Both the position numbers and the translations under genes were made by a program. A stretch of 64,000 nt of DNA from NCBI GenBank assembly GCA_016188775.1, contig JACPHC010000010.1:31333-95332 (forward strand), read 5' to 3'. The stretch comes from Parcubacteria group bacterium (lineage in GTDB: Bacteria; Patescibacteriota; Minisyncoccia; JACPHC01). Shown here one piece after another: positions 29,250 through 39,769 of the stretch (the stretch's first letter is position 1; each line of letters opens with the position of its first letter). The notes under the pieces were generated by a model. The model made no database searches, had not been told where the DNA came from, and saw nothing but the letters and a program-made list of their open reading frames with translations.

Positions 29250-30286
29250 AGAAGTCCAGCGTCAAAAATATCGGAAGCTTTGACGCCGGACTTAACGAGG
29301 GAAAATTTATCGTTCAAGAGTTTTTTCCACTGCTTCAAGCGATCACTTTCCAATTTTTCGCTTCTCCAATAGTAAGCGATGGTTTTGGCGTCCATCTCCT
29401 TGATTTTTCTTTCAATCGCTTTCGCTCTAACTTGCAAGCGATAAGCCAGTTGTGGCACTACGACATTTTTGCCTTTCACTTTTAATTTAATTTGACCGCC
29501 AGCCGTGAACAAATCTCGCAAGTTTGCGGATACGGCGTTGTATTCGGCGATAAGATAGGCGGCCGCACGCTCAAACTTTGTCGAGCTGTTACCAAACATT
29601 TCAGGAAACAGAATCATCGCTTCAACCACGAAATTTTCTTTTTCTTTGTCGCTCAAACCTCTGAAAGGCTTAATGATAGGACTAACCGCTTTTCCGTCTC
29701 CGTCTTGATCTATCCACCACAATTCCTCACCCTCTTTTAGTTGTGAGCGATAATAATCCTTGATTTTTTGAATTGGGTTAGTGTCATTCCGTAGCGTGTC
29801 ATAATCAATTCCAATCTTATCGAAAATTGATTTACCTGAAGGCAAATCCATGTTTATTCGATAGCGGGGAGAATGGGTAACGCTAATTTCTGGCAGACAT
29901 TCTTGGTAGAGTCGGTAGCGAACATCCAACTCACCGCCGAATTTTCCAAATACGATATAAATTCTTTCAACATCTTCAATACGTGAAGATTCAAGAACGC
30001 TGTTTCCGGTTGATGTCCAATGATCGTTCGCCGTCATTTTAACTTCAACGCCAAAGTATTTGTTGGCGATGATGTCTGGAAAAGCGTGCGTTCCCGTTTG
30101 TTTAACTGTTCCTTCGAAAGTCGTGCCTTTCGCCGCTTCACGAATTTGCTCAAAAACTATCGTTTCAAAATAAGTCGGCGAGATATTTTTCTTGCCACTC
30201 AAAAAGACCAGCATTAACCCCCTTGATTTTTCAAGCAAGGCGATAAAGTCTTTTTCTTTGGCGTTGGGTTTCGCGACGTAAATCAT
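29246..30286 (-). CDS. Putative type II restriction endonuclease, PD-(D/E)XK
   Basis: FPDII...GVEVK motif; lies between a C5 MTase and vsr. Confidence 0.75.
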   Translation of the reverse strand: MIYVAKPNAKEKDFIALLEKSRGLMLVFLSGKKNISPTYFETIVFEQIREAAKGTTFEGTVKQTGTHAFPDIIANKYFGVEVKMTANDHWTSTGNSVLESSRIEDVERIYIVFGKFGGELDVRYRLYQECLPEISVTHSPRYRINMDLPSGKSIFDKIGIDYDTLRNDTNPIQKIKDYYRSQLKEGEELWWIDQDGDGKAVSPIIKPFRGLSDKEKENFVVEAMILFPEMFGNSSTKFERAAAYLIAEYNAVSANLRDLFTAGGQIKLKVKGKNVVVPQLAYRLQVRAKAIERKIKEMDAKTIAYYWRSEKLESDRLKQWKKLLNDKFSLVKSGVKASDIFDAGLL

Positions 30287-30288
30287 AG

Positions 30289-31260
30289 TTATTTCAAATT
30301 TTTATCTAAAAACTTTTCAATCGCCGTGGCGACATGCCAAGCTAAAACAGGCGGCACGGCGTTGCCAATCTGCTTATAAGCCGAGGAAGTGGACGGATAA
30401 AACACAAAATCGTCTGGAAAAGATTGAATCCGTGCCGCCTCTCTCGCCGACAATCTCCTTTTTCCGTTCCAATGATACTCTATGTTTCCGTGGTGTTCCG
30501 TTCGCATTGTTGGCCCCGGCTTATCCGCCGAGACGACCGAATTCCCTTGCCCGTTATTCTTTTTTGCCTTTGACCAGTAGTGATTGGCGATATTCCCTTC
30601 CTCCGCTTTCTCTAAATCGCCAATTGCTTGTTTTAAGCTAACCCAGCTTTTTTCGTCCAAAATCGGTTTTGGATGTTCAAAAGGAGGAAGTTTGTCTTTT
30701 CTTGTTCCAACAATAATAACTCTCTCTCGTGTTTGCGGCACTCCGTAATCAGCGGCCGTGAGTAATTTATAAACGACATGGTATCCCAATTTTTCAAAAT
30801 CCTTAATAATCGTTTGTATCGCTTCACCGCCGTTCATTGTGAGAAGTCCTCGGACATTTTCAGCGACAAATAAAACAGGTTTAGTTCTCTTGATAACTTC
30901 CGCCATGCTTTGATAAAGCAATCCTCGTTTACTATTAAATCCTTTTCTCTTTCCGGCATGGCTAAAATCTTGACAAGGAAAGCCGCCAAGCACTATATCC
31001 ACTTTTTGCGGGATTGGTTTTTCAAAAAAGCCCGAATTGTGTTTGCCGTCAAGAATTTTTCCGATATCGCCGCAAACTATATCGTGCTTAAAGTATTTTC
31101 TAAAGGTGGCACAGGCGGCCTCGTCAATATCGTTCGCCCAAGCAATCTCAAAGTTTCTTTTCGCGTATTTTTTGCCTAAAAATTCAAAATCGCCGACGAA
31201 GCCAAGATCGAGGCCACCGCAGCCCGCAAAAAGTGAAATTATGGAAAATTGTTTCTTCAT
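30289..31260 (-). CDS. DNA (cytosine-5)-methyltransferase
   Basis: SLFAGCGG, GGFPCQDFS, ENVRG, PQTRER, QIGNAVPP. Confidence 0.97.
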   Translation of the reverse strand: MKKQFSIISLFAGCGGLDLGFVGDFEFLGKKYAKRNFEIAWANDIDEAACATFRKYFKHDIVCGDIGKILDGKHNSGFFEKPIPQKVDIVLGGFPCQDFSHAGKRKGFNSKRGLLYQSMAEVIKRTKPVLFVAENVRGLLTMNGGEAIQTIIKDFEKLGYHVVYKLLTAADYGVPQTRERVIIVGTRKDKLPPFEHPKPILDEKSWVSLKQAIGDLEKAEEGNIANHYWSKAKKNNGQGNSVVSADKPGPTMRTEHHGNIEYHWNGKRRLSAREAARIQSFPDDFVFYPSTSSAYKQIGNAVPPVLAWHVATAIEKFLDKNLK

Positions 31261-31264
31261 ACTT

Positions 31265-31337
31265 TTACTTGATTAAATCATCAACACCAACATCCAACGC
31301 TTTGGCAATCTTGATTAGTGTTTCAATTGTATGGGTT
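31265..31337 (-). pseudogene. C-terminal remnant of an XRE-family HTH (RM controller-like) gene
   Basis: Manual translation NP[+1 nt]TIETLIKIAKALDVGVDDLIK* ending 4 nt before the MTase ATG. Confidence 0.65.
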
Positions 31338-31520
31338 AAAAAGTATTTTTTTACTTTCATCAATTACAATGATAACAAATTTCAAAACACTTATCTAAAC
31401 AAAAACGGAGTTTTTACTTGTTGCGCGCGCACGGGAAGGGTGGGGCAAACGCAACTATTCAACTCAACGCGCGAGCGAAGCGAGCGCGTACCTTCTTCCG
31501 AAAACTCTCAATACCTAACT

Positions 31521-31594
31521 TGGTCGGACCACCCGGAATCGAACCGGGGCTATACCCACCCCAAGGGTACGGACTGCCACTATCCGATGGTCCG
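31521..31594 (-). tRNA. tRNA-Pro(GGG), CCA encoded
   Basis: CGGACCA acceptor stem, anticodon arm TACCC-TTGGGGT-GGGTA, GGTTCGATTCC T-arm, 3' CCA. Confidence 0.95.
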
Positions 31595-31625
31595 ATGAAA
31601 AAATAGACCCTATGGAGTGTAGGAT

Positions 31626-31874
31626 CTAATTTTTGAGAGATTTTTTGATTTTTTCCAGGCTCATTTTTCCTTGAGCGATTGTTTTTCTGCAGTTGGAACA
31701 GGTTTTAATCCTTTTGATTGTTTTTTTACCAATCGTCAAGGCCGACGGCAAGGCGACCCATTGAAGATTAGGGTATTTTCTTTTGCGGCTTGTTGGATTA
31801 TACTTGCCTCGAAGGAGTTGACGATGAGTGACCATCGTCGAGCTCTTTTTGCAAGTTGGACAAATGTTTGCCAT
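31626..31874 (-). CDS. rpmB: 50S ribosomal protein L28
   Basis: C..CKK...RKYPNLQ...C.NC. Confidence 0.85.
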   Translation of the reverse strand: MANICPTCKKSSTMVTHRQLLRGKYNPTSRKRKYPNLQWVALPSALTIGKKTIKRIKTCSNCRKTIAQGKMSLEKIKKSLKN

Positions 31875-31879
31875 AATTA

Positions 31880-31913
31880 TTCACCCGCCAAAATTTCTAT
31901 GAAATTTAGGCGG
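31880..31913. repeat. Palindromic element family A, copy 2
   Basis: TTCACCCGCCAAAATTTCTATGAAATTTAGGCGG, 5 nt from the rpmB ATG. Confidence 0.85.
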
Positions 31914-31991
31914 AAAAATTTAAGTCTAAAAAGAAGGATAAACTATTTTTTATTTTTTTGCAAACTCGCAGTGAAACCGCGAAGAGTATAA

Positions 31992-32675
31992 ATGAATTTT
32001 TTTATGGCCGATTTATTCGACACAATTAGAATTTTCATCATTCAAATTGTTTTTTTGATTTTTTCCGTGATGGTTCACGAAGTTTTTCACGGCCTGTCCG
32101 CTCATTGGATGGGAGACGAGACGGCTAAAATGGAAGGCCGTTTGACTCTCAATCCCTTAAAACACTTGGATCCGTTCGGTTCGATAATTTTGCCTTTGAT
32201 CTTGGGATTGGCCGCGCTTTTTGGGGCCGGCGGAATTATTTTCGGCTGGGCCAAGCCCGTGCCTTATAATCCCAATAATTTAAAATATAAAAAATACGGG
32301 CCTTCTTTAGTGGCCTTGGCCGGGCCAATGGCTAATTTTTTAATAGCCGTGTCGGCCGGCCTTTTAATCAGATTTTTTTTAAGTTCCAATTTTTCCCCCG
32401 CTTATTTTAATTTTTTAAGCGATTTTGTCAGCATCATCGCTTTCGTGGTTTTTATAAATTTACTGTTGGGAATTTTTAATCTTTTGCCGATTCCGCCGCT
32501 GGACGGCTCAAAACTTCTTTTTGCCGTTTTGCCGTCCAAGTTTGACGAGTTAAAAATTTCTCTCGAGCAATATGGTTTTATAATACTGCTTCTCTTTTTA
32601 TTTATCGGATTTCAAATCATTATTCCGCCGATTCTTTTTCTTTTTCGAATTATTACCGGCCAGCCTTTTATTTAA
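31992..32675 (+). CDS. Site-2 protease family (M50) metalloprotease
   Basis: HEVFH, GRLTLNP, GWAKPVP, NLLPIPPLDG. Confidence 0.94.
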   Translation: MNFFMADLFDTIRIFIIQIVFLIFSVMVHEVFHGLSAHWMGDETAKMEGRLTLNPLKHLDPFGSIILPLILGLAALFGAGGIIFGWAKPVPYNPNNLKYKKYGPSLVALAGPMANFLIAVSAGLLIRFFLSSNFSPAYFNFLSDFVSIIAFVVFINLLLGIFNLLPIPPLDGSKLLFAVLPSKFDELKISLEQYGFIILLLFLFIGFQIIIPPILFLFRIITGQPFI

Positions 32676-32751
32676 AAACTTACGGAATTTTAATTTGACA
32701 TTAAAATTTTATTTTGTTAATTTTTATAAAGCGCTAAGCGCTTTATTTATT

Positions 32752-32914
32752 TAAAGGGCTTTCTCTAAATTTTCAAGCGCCAAGTGCGCAGAAAATTTAG
32801 ATAGAAAACCTTTACCCAGCACATAATTTTACATTCATTCCGTATATTATAAAAAGTTTTTTCGCTATTATACTTATATTTATAATAACGACTATTGTAA
32901 AGTTATGTGCTGGG
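32752..32914 (+). repeat. Two-hairpin composite element family F, copy 1 (rpsL leader)
   Basis: TAAAGG...CCTTTA hairpin followed by CCCAGCACATAA...TTATGTGCTGGG; same architecture at 42094-42257. Confidence 0.8.
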
Positions 32915-32975
32915 CGCTCAATGTGATAGTAAAATTTACTTCGCATTGAGGCTCGTAAATTTTAATCACAATGGC

Positions 32976-33404
32976 ATGCCTACAATCAATCAATTGGTTA
33001 AAAAAGGAAATCAAATCCGCAAATTAAGAAAGTTGAGAAAGAAAACTCGTTCGGTCGCTCTTTTGCGGGGTTTTAACGCGAAAAAAAATCGCGCGATTTT
33101 TTATCCTTCGCCTTTTAAACGCGGCGTATGCGTTAAAGTGACGACCACGACTCCGAAAAAACCGAATTCGGCTTTGCGAAAAGTGGCCAGAGTTCGTTTG
33201 ACTAACGGAATGGAAGTGACGGCCTATATTCCCGGGGAAGGCCACTCCTTGCAGGAGCACTCGGTGGTTTTGATCAGGGGCGGCCGGGTCAAGGATTTGC
33301 CGGGCGTGCGCTACCATATTGTCCGAGGCATTTTAGACACGACGGGCGTGGAAAACAGAAAACAGCAAAGAAGCAAATACGGCGCCAAGCAGCCCAAAAA
33401 ATAA
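32976..33404 (+). CDS. rpsL: 30S ribosomal protein S12
   Basis: [30 protein letters not shown]; start moved to ATG 32976. Confidence 0.97.
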   Translation: MPTINQLVKKGNQIRKLRKLRKKTRSVALLRGFNAKKNRAIFYPSPFKRGVCVKVTTTTPKKPNSALRKVARVRLTNGMEVTAYIPGEGHSLQEHSVVLIRGGRVKDLPGVRYHIVRGILDTTGVENRKQQRSKYGAKQPKK

Positions 33405-33413
33405 CATTAACGT

Positions 33414-33881
33414 ATGCGCAGAAAACAAAACATAAAAAGAAACTTATTGCCCGATCCGCTTTACAATGACGCCGCGGTCGCGAAAATGATCAATCATATT
33501 ATGAAAGAGGGAAAAAAGACAACGGCTCAAAAAATAGTCTGGCAAGCTTTGGATGAAATCAATAAGCAAACCAAAAAAGAGGCGCTGGAAATTTTTGATT
33601 TGGCCATTAAAAACGCCTCCCCGCTTTTAGAAGTTAAATCCCGTCGGATCGGCGGCGCGACTTATCAGGTTCCCCGCGAGGTCAGAGGCGAGCGGCGTTT
33701 GGCTCTGGCCATGCGTTGGATTATTAACGCGGCCCGGGCTAAAAAAGGAAAGCCAATGGCTTTAAAATTAGCCGATGAGCTGGTTTTGGCTTCCAAAAAC
33801 GAAGGTTCGGCGATTAAGAAAAGAAATGACACCCACCGAATGGCCGAAGCCAATAAGGCTTTTGCTCATTTTGCCTGGTAA
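33414..33881 (+). CDS. rpsG: 30S ribosomal protein S7
   Basis: [24 protein letters not shown]. Confidence 0.97.
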   Translation: MRRKQNIKRNLLPDPLYNDAAVAKMINHIMKEGKKTTAQKIVWQALDEINKQTKKEALEIFDLAIKNASPLLEVKSRRIGGATYQVPREVRGERRLALAMRWIINAARAKKGKPMALKLADELVLASKNEGSAIKKRNDTHRMAEANKAFAHFAW

Positions 33882-33889
33882 AAAGAAAT

Positions 33890-35995
33890 ATGGCTGATTA
33901 TCCGATTGAGAAAATTAGAAATATTGGCATTATTGCCCACATTGACGCCGGTAAAACCACCGTTTCCGAGCGCGTTTTATTTTATACCGGCGTCTCGCAT
34001 AAAATTGGCGAGGTTCATGAAGGCACGACCGTGCTGGACTGGATGGAACAGGAAAGAGAGCGGGGCATCACTATCACGGCCGCGGCCACCACTGTTTTTT
34101 GGATCCCTTCTTATTTAAAAGAACGAAAAAAAGATCAGGAATACAAAATTAATATTATTGACACGCCCGGCCACGTTGATTTTACCGTTGAAGTGGAAAG
34201 ATCTTTAAGGGTGCTTGACGGAGGCGTGGTAGTTTTTGACGGCGTAGCCGGAGTTGAGCCGCAGTCCGAGACCGTTTGGCGCCAGGCGGATAAATATCAC
34301 GTTCCGCGAATTTGTTTTATTAATAAATTAGACCGCATGGGCGCTTCTTTTGAGCGGTCTTTTGAATCAATTTTAGAGAGGTTGACCGATAAGGCCGTGG
34401 CAGTGGCTATTCCGATGGGCTTGGAAGAAAAATTTATGGGCGTGATTGATCTGATTCGTCAAAAAGCCGTTAGTTTTGAAGGCGAGGCTGGCGAACGAAT
34501 TGTTGAAAACGATATTCCGGCCAATTATATTGAAGAAGCTAAAAAATGGCGGGAGAAACTTTTGGAAAATTTAGCCGATGAGGATGACCTGATCGCGGAA
34601 AAATATCTTTCCGGCCAGGAATTATCAATTGAGGAAATTAAAAAATCTTTGAGAATAGCGACATTAAAAAGCCGATTAGTGCCGGTTTTTTGCGGCTCGG
34701 CCTTGCAGAATAAAGGCGTTCAGTTGGTCATTGACGGCGTGATTGATTATTTACCCAGTCCGGTTGACGTGCCGCCGGTTAAAGGCATTGATTCTAAAAC
34801 CGGCCAAGAAATTTTCAGAGAGCCGAAAGAAGATACTCCTTTTTCCGCCCTCGCTTTCAAAGTCGCCACTGATCCGTTTGTCGGATCACTGACTTATTTC
34901 CGGGTTTATTCCGGAACCTTGACAGCCGGTTCTTATTTGTTAAACTCTACAAAAAATGACAAAGAAAGAATCGGCCGCATCCTTCAGATGCACGCCAATG
35001 ATCGCCGCGACTTGAAAGATATTTCCGCCGGCAATATCGGCGCGGCGGTTGGTTTGAAAAATACCACGACCGGAGACACTTTAACCGATCCGGAGCACTC
35101 TGTTATTTTGGAAAAAATCACTTTTCCCGAGCCGGTGGTCGGTTTAAGCATTGAGCCTAAGACGAAAGCCGATCAGGAAAAACTCGGCTTGGCCTTAAAG
35201 AGGCTTTCCGAAGAAGATCCGACTTTCAAAATTAAAGGCGATCTGGAAACCGGCCAAACGATTATTTCCGGCATGGGCGAATTGCATCTTGAAATTATCG
35301 TTGATCGGATGAAGAGGGAATTTAAGGTCGAGGCTAATGTCGGCCGGCCGGAAGTGGCTTATAAAGAAAGCGTTAAAGGAACGGCTGAAGCTGAAGGCAA
35401 ATACATTCGCCAAAGCGGCGGTCGAGGTCAATACGGCCATGTTTGGTTGAGAGTCGAGCCCAGAGAGCGCGGTCAAGGTTTTGAGTTCATTAACGCGATA
35501 AAAGGAGGCGTTATTCCCCAGGAATTTATTTCGGCCATTGAAAAAGGCGTTCGGGAAGCCATGGATAAAGGCGTTTTTGCCGGCTATCCTTTGGTTGATT
35601 TCGCCGTCACGCTTTATGACGGCTCTTATCATGAGGTTGATTCATCCGAAGCGGCTTTCAAAATTGCCGGTTCCATCGCTTTGCAGGAGGCGGTCAGGAG
35701 ATCCAATCCTTATCTTCTCGAGCCGATTATGAAAGTGGAAGTTGTGACGCCTGAGAAGTTTTTGGGAGAAGTGACCGGCAATATCAATTCTAAACGCGGT
35801 CGAATCGAGAAAATGGAAGAGCGTATCAATATCAAAGTCATAGACGCTAAAGTTCCTTTGTCGGAAATGTTTGGTTACGCGACAACGCTTCGTTCAATGA
35901 CTGAAGGTCGCGCTTCATTCACGATGGAATTCGATCATTACGATGAAGTGCCGTCCGGTATCGCTCAATTAATCATTGAAGGTAAAAAGAAATAA
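33890..35995 (+). CDS. fusA: Elongation factor G
   Basis: [29 protein letters not shown]. Confidence 0.98.
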   Translation: MADYPIEKIRNIGIIAHIDAGKTTVSERVLFYTGVSHKIGEVHEGTTVLDWMEQERERGITITAAATTVFWIPSYLKERKKDQEYKINIIDTPGHVDFTVEVERSLRVLDGGVVVFDGVAGVEPQSETVWRQADKYHVPRICFINKLDRMGASFERSFESILERLTDKAVAVAIPMGLEEKFMGVIDLIRQKAVSFEGEAGERIVENDIPANYIEEAKKWREKLLENLADEDDLIAEKYLSGQELSIEEIKKSLRIATLKSRLVPVFCGSALQNKGVQLVIDGVIDYLPSPVDVPPVKGIDSKTGQEIFREPKEDTPFSALAFKVATDPFVGSLTYFRVYSGTLTAGSYLLNSTKNDKERIGRILQMHANDRRDLKDISAGNIGAAVGLKNTTTGDTLTDPEHSVILEKITFPEPVVGLSIEPKTKADQEKLGLALKRLSEEDPTFKIKGDLETGQTIISGMGELHLEIIVDRMKREFKVEANVGRPEVAYKESVKGTAEAEGKYIRQSGGRGQYGHVWLRVEPRERGQGFEFINAIKGGVIPQEFISAIEKGVREAMDKGVFAGYPLVDFAVTLYDGSYHEVDSSEAAFKIAGSIALQEAVRRSNPYLLEPIMKVEVVTPEKFLGEVTGNINSKRGRIEKMEERINIKVIDAKVPLSEMFGYATTLRSMTEGRASFTMEFDHYDEVPSGIAQLIIEGKKK

Positions 35996-36006
35996 ATAAA
36001 AAGCAT

Positions 36007-36234
36007 ATGGATGGTTTCGTCAATAAAATGAAAACATTGATCAAGAACGGCGGAGATCGTTTTATCGTGGTGGATAATAATGAGCCGACTTTTGTTATTC
36101 TTAGTCTTTCCGAATACGAACAACTGGTGAACGGGAAAAGTAGCAACGATGAAAAAAATATTCAGCTGGGAAAAGATCAGGCCTTGTTTCAAGACGATGA
36201 AATCTTCAATGATCTTGACTTATCTTTAGATTAA
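36007..36234 (+). CDS. Small hypothetical protein with Phd/YefM-like signature
   Basis: FIVVDNNEPTFVILSLSEYEQL resembles the antitoxin beta-beta-alpha motif; acidic tail. Confidence 0.6.
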   Translation: MDGFVNKMKTLIKNGGDRFIVVDNNEPTFVILSLSEYEQLVNGKSSNDEKNIQLGKDQALFQDDEIFNDLDLSLD

Positions 36235-36341
36235 CATTATGATGTTAAAATCGTCGATTATTAAAATTTTTTTATATTAAATTTAAATTAAAATTAAATT
36301 TTTCTAGATTCTAATTTTTAGTTTCTAGATTCTAATTTTTT

Positions 36342-37535
36342 ATGGCAGAAAAATTTGAAAGAACAAAACCTCATTTAAACGTCGGCACTATTGGTCACGT
36401 TGACCATGGTAAAACCACTTTGACCGCTTCTATTCTTCATGTTTTGAATTTGGCGGGTTTGCGGGCCCAGCAAAAGTCGGTTGATCAGATTGATTCCGCG
36501 CCGGAAGAAAAAGCCCGTGGGATTACTATCAATTTGGCTCACGTTGAATACGAATCGGAAAAACGGCATTACGCTCACGTGGACGCTCCGGGTCACGCCG
36601 ACTATATTAAAAATATGATTACGGGCGCGGCTCAAATGGACGGCGCGATTTTAGTGGTTTCGGCCGCCGACGGCCCTATGCCTCAAACCCGAGAGCATAT
36701 TCTTTTAGCTCGCCAAGTCGGCGTTCCGGCTTTAGTTGTTTTTCTTAATAAAGTTGATCAGGTTACCGATCCGGAATTGACTGATTTGGTTGAGACCGAA
36801 GTCCGCGAACTTTTAACCAAATACGAATATCCGGGAGACACGACTCCGATTATCCGCGGTTCGGCCCTGAAAGCCTTGGAAGCGAAATCTAAAGACGATC
36901 CGGCCGCCAAACCGATCCTTGATTTAATAAAAGCCTTGGATGAATATATCGTGGAGCCGGTTCGGGAAATAGATAAGCCGTTTCTGATGCCTATTGAAGA
37001 CGTTTTTTCCATTGAAGGACGAGGCACGGTTGTGACCGGCCGAATTGAAAGAGGTATTATGAAAATTAACGACGAGGTGGAAGTGATCGGCATTCGTCCG
37101 ACTCAAAAATCCGTTGTTACCGGCATTGAAATGTTCAATAAATCTTTGGATGAAGGAAGGGCCGGAGATAACGCCGGAATTCTTTTGCGCGGTCTTAAAA
37201 AGGAAGACGTGGAACGGGGTCAAGTTTTAGCCAAGCCCGGATCAGCCACGCCGCATTCGGAATTTGAAAGCGAAGTTTATATTTTAAGCAAAGAAGAAGG
37301 CGGACGGCACACTCCGTTTTTGGCCGGCTACAAACCTCAATTTTATATCCGAACTACCGATGTAACCGGCGAGGTTACTTTGCCGTCAGGCACGGAAATG
37401 GTTATGCCCGGAGATACTGTTAAATTCACGGTTAAATTAATATCCCCGGTCGCCTTGGAAGAAAAACAGAGATTCGCCATCAGAGAAGGCGGGAAAACGG
37501 TAGGCGCGGGCGTGGTCACCAAAATTCTTAAATGA
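36342..37535 (+). CDS. tuf: Elongation factor Tu
   Basis: [34 protein letters not shown]. Confidence 0.98.
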   Translation: MAEKFERTKPHLNVGTIGHVDHGKTTLTASILHVLNLAGLRAQQKSVDQIDSAPEEKARGITINLAHVEYESEKRHYAHVDAPGHADYIKNMITGAAQMDGAILVVSAADGPMPQTREHILLARQVGVPALVVFLNKVDQVTDPELTDLVETEVRELLTKYEYPGDTTPIIRGSALKALEAKSKDDPAAKPILDLIKALDEYIVEPVREIDKPFLMPIEDVFSIEGRGTVVTGRIERGIMKINDEVEVIGIRPTQKSVVTGIEMFNKSLDEGRAGDNAGILLRGLKKEDVERGQVLAKPGSATPHSEFESEVYILSKEEGGRHTPFLAGYKPQFYIRTTDVTGEVTLPSGTEMVMPGDTVKFTVKLISPVALEEKQRFAIREGGKTVGAGVVTKILK

Positions 37536-37584
37536 TAAATAAGCTTGGGCGTTAAAATTTATTAAATCTGAAAAAGTTCTTTTT

Positions 37585-37911
37585 ATGGCCAAAATGGAAG
37601 AAGCAATTAAACAGAGAATTCGAATTAAAATTCGGGCTTATGACTCGAAGATTATTGATACATCGGCCAAGCAGATTGTCGAGACGGCTGAGCGATACGG
37701 GGCCGAGGTGATCGGGCCGGTTCCTTTGCCAACCGAGATCCATAAATATACCGTTAATCGTTCCACTTTTGTCCATAAAGATTCCCGAGAGCAGTTTGAA
37801 ATGAGAATTCATAAACGCTTGATTGATATTTTAAATCCAACGGCTAAAACCGTTGACGCTCTGATGAATCTGAATTTGCCGGCCGGCGTTGATATAGAAA
37901 TTAAGATGTGA
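37585..37911 (+). CDS. rpsJ: 30S ribosomal protein S10
   Basis: [23 protein letters not shown]. Confidence 0.97.
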   Translation: MAKMEEAIKQRIRIKIRAYDSKIIDTSAKQIVETAERYGAEVIGPVPLPTEIHKYTVNRSTFVHKDSREQFEMRIHKRLIDILNPTAKTVDALMNLNLPAGVDIEIKM

Positions 37912-37962
37912 TTTTAATCGCCAATAATGGATATTGTTTAAAATTAATTTTTATTTTTTAAG

Positions 37963-38001
37963 AAAGCCCCGCGTTTGGCGAGCGGCTAGATGCGGGGCTT
38001 T
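37963..38001 (+). terminator. Strong hairpin between rpsJ and rplC (terminator or attenuator-like)
   Basis: AAAGCCCCGCGTTTGGC-gagcg-GCTAGATGCGGGGCTTT, 8 nt before the rplC ATG. Confidence 0.5.
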
Positions 38002-38009
38002 TAAATTGT

Positions 38010-38624
38010 ATGACTTTTATTCTTGGAAAAAAATTAGGAATGTCTCAAGTTTTTGACGCCAAAGGAAATGTTCAGCCCGTCACCGTTGTCGAGGCCGGGC
38101 CGATTGTTGTCACTCAAATCAGAACAAAAGAGAGGGACGGCTATCTCGCCACTCAGGTTGGTTTCGGAATTAAAAAGAAATTAAATAAGCCGGCCAAAGG
38201 GCATCTTAAAGATTTGGGAAATTTCGCTTATTTAAGAGAATTCAGGATTAAAAAAGACAGCGAGAAGACGGAATTGAAAACCGGAGATAAGATAGACGTT
38301 TCAATGTTTCAAGAAGGCGAGTTCGTTAAAGTGACCGGCGTTTCCAAAGGAAAAGGATTTCAGGGAGTGGTGAAGAGGCACGGTTTCAGGGGCGCTTCCA
38401 AAACTCACGGCACCAAACACGCTTTAAGACAGCCCGGCTCCATTGGCGCCACGTGGCCCCAGCGGGTAATCAAAGGAAGAAGAATGGCCGGGCGAATGGG
38501 TTATGATAAGGTGACGGTGAAGAATTTAAAAATTATCCAAATCGACACAGAGAATAATTTATTGGCTCTGAAAGGAGCGGTGCCGGGATCAAAAGGTTCG
38601 TTAGTTAGAATCATTAGTATTTAA
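38010..38624 (+). CDS. rplC: 50S ribosomal protein L3
   Basis: GKKLGMSQ, SKGKGFQG, PGSIG. Confidence 0.97.
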   Translation: MTFILGKKLGMSQVFDAKGNVQPVTVVEAGPIVVTQIRTKERDGYLATQVGFGIKKKLNKPAKGHLKDLGNFAYLREFRIKKDSEKTELKTGDKIDVSMFQEGEFVKVTGVSKGKGFQGVVKRHGFRGASKTHGTKHALRQPGSIGATWPQRVIKGRRMAGRMGYDKVTVKNLKIIQIDTENNLLALKGAVPGSKGSLVRIISI

Positions 38625-38670
38625 AATAAATCAAAAAGCGAGGCGTATTTTTTAATAAATTTTAGTAATT

Positions 38671-39342
38671 ATGATTTCCGTTGATTATTACAATCAGAAA
38701 GGGGAAAAAGTCGGAACTCTGGATTTATCAGAGAAAATTTTTGGTTTGAAATTTAAAGCCGATTTGGTTCATCAGGTTTTGACGGCCGTGGAGGCGAATC
38801 AAAGAAAATCGATTGCCCATACAAAAAATAGAGCGGAAGTTTCGGGCGGAGGCAAAAAGCCCTGGAAACAGAAAGGCACGGGCCGGGCGCGCCAAGGCTC
38901 AATCCGTTCACCGATTTTTCGTCACGGCGGCGTTGTTTTTGGGCCGAGAAAAGAAAAAAATTTCAGCCAAGACATCAATAAAAAAATGCGAAGAAAAGCT
39001 CTGTTGATGGTTCTTTCGGCCAAATTAAACGACCAAGAAATTTTATTTTTAGATAATATTAAAATTAAAGAACCAAAGACAAGATTGATGGCTGAATTTT
39101 TCAATAATTTTTTGAGCAAAGTAATTTACTCGTCCGGCAGGCGGGAAGGAGAAATTAAAAAACCAACTTTTCTTTTGAGCGCGAGCGAGCAAGGGAAAGA
39201 ACTTTTGAGAGGAACTCGAAATATTCCTTCAGCTGTTTTTTTAAGGCCTCAAGACTTGAATTTAAAAGAAGTTTTGGCTAAAAAATTTTTGATTTTCACC
39301 AAAGACGCGGTTTCGGTGATTGAAAAAACTTTTGTTAAATAA
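38671..39342 (+). CDS. rplD: 50S ribosomal protein L4
   Basis: GGGKKPWKQKGTGRARQGS. Confidence 0.97.
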   Translation: MISVDYYNQKGEKVGTLDLSEKIFGLKFKADLVHQVLTAVEANQRKSIAHTKNRAEVSGGGKKPWKQKGTGRARQGSIRSPIFRHGGVVFGPRKEKNFSQDINKKMRRKALLMVLSAKLNDQEILFLDNIKIKEPKTRLMAEFFNNFLSKVIYSSGRREGEIKKPTFLLSASEQGKELLRGTRNIPSAVFLRPQDLNLKEVLAKKFLIFTKDAVSVIEKTFVK

Positions 39343-39347
39343 ATTTT

Positions 39348-39764
39348 ATGTTAAAAGGCATTAAGAAAATTTTTTCTGACCAGGCGAGTCAATCGGAATC
39401 AAAGATTGTCGTCCCCGCGGGAGACCTCTCGCGAGTTAAAAATGAAAAAGGCTATTTTAAAGACGCGCCGGAAACATTACGGGGAAGCGAGCTGAGTCTT
39501 TTAGTTTTGCGGCCGATTATAACGGAAAAAAGCACTTCTTTGGAAACGGAGGGAAAATATGTTTTTGAAGTTTTACCGAAATCAACAAAACAGGAAGTTA
39601 AAAAAGCGATTGAAAAATTTTATTCCGTTAAAGTGAATTCGGTCAGAATGATCAATACTCACGGAAAAGTTCGAAAAGTTGGCCGTCACGAAGGCAGAGT
39701 CTCGGGCAAAAGGAAAGCGATTGTCACTATCAATAAAGAACAAAAAATTGATCTGACGATTTAA
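39348..39764 (+). CDS. rplW: 50S ribosomal protein L23 with N-terminal extension
   Basis: RPIITEKS, KYVFEV, KAIVT. Confidence 0.93.
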   Translation: MLKGIKKIFSDQASQSESKIVVPAGDLSRVKNEKGYFKDAPETLRGSELSLLVLRPIITEKSTSLETEGKYVFEVLPKSTKQEVKKAIEKFYSVKVNSVRMINTHGKVRKVGRHEGRVSGKRKAIVTINKEQKIDLTI

Positions 39765-39769
39765 ATATT

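Larger units (their letters stand above)
26993..31526. mobile_element. Degenerate integrative defence island at the 3' end of tRNA-Pro
   Basis: TGGTCG direct repeat at 26993-26998 and 31521-31526; RM + Vsr + ATPase cargo; putative recombinase C-terminal remnants at both ends. Confidence 0.65.

Noticed and set aside
31233-31606. Plus-strand ORFs 31233-31598 and 31418-31606 as intact genes
   Set aside because: They run antisense through the HTH relic and the tRNA; only a short stretch is plausibly a recombinase remnant.
32907-32975. Extended N-termini given by the ORF track (rpsL; likewise rpsN, adk, tpiA, the redoxin and rnhA)
   Set aside because: The extensions derive from palindromic elements or overlapping upstream genes; conserved N-termini begin at downstream ATGs.
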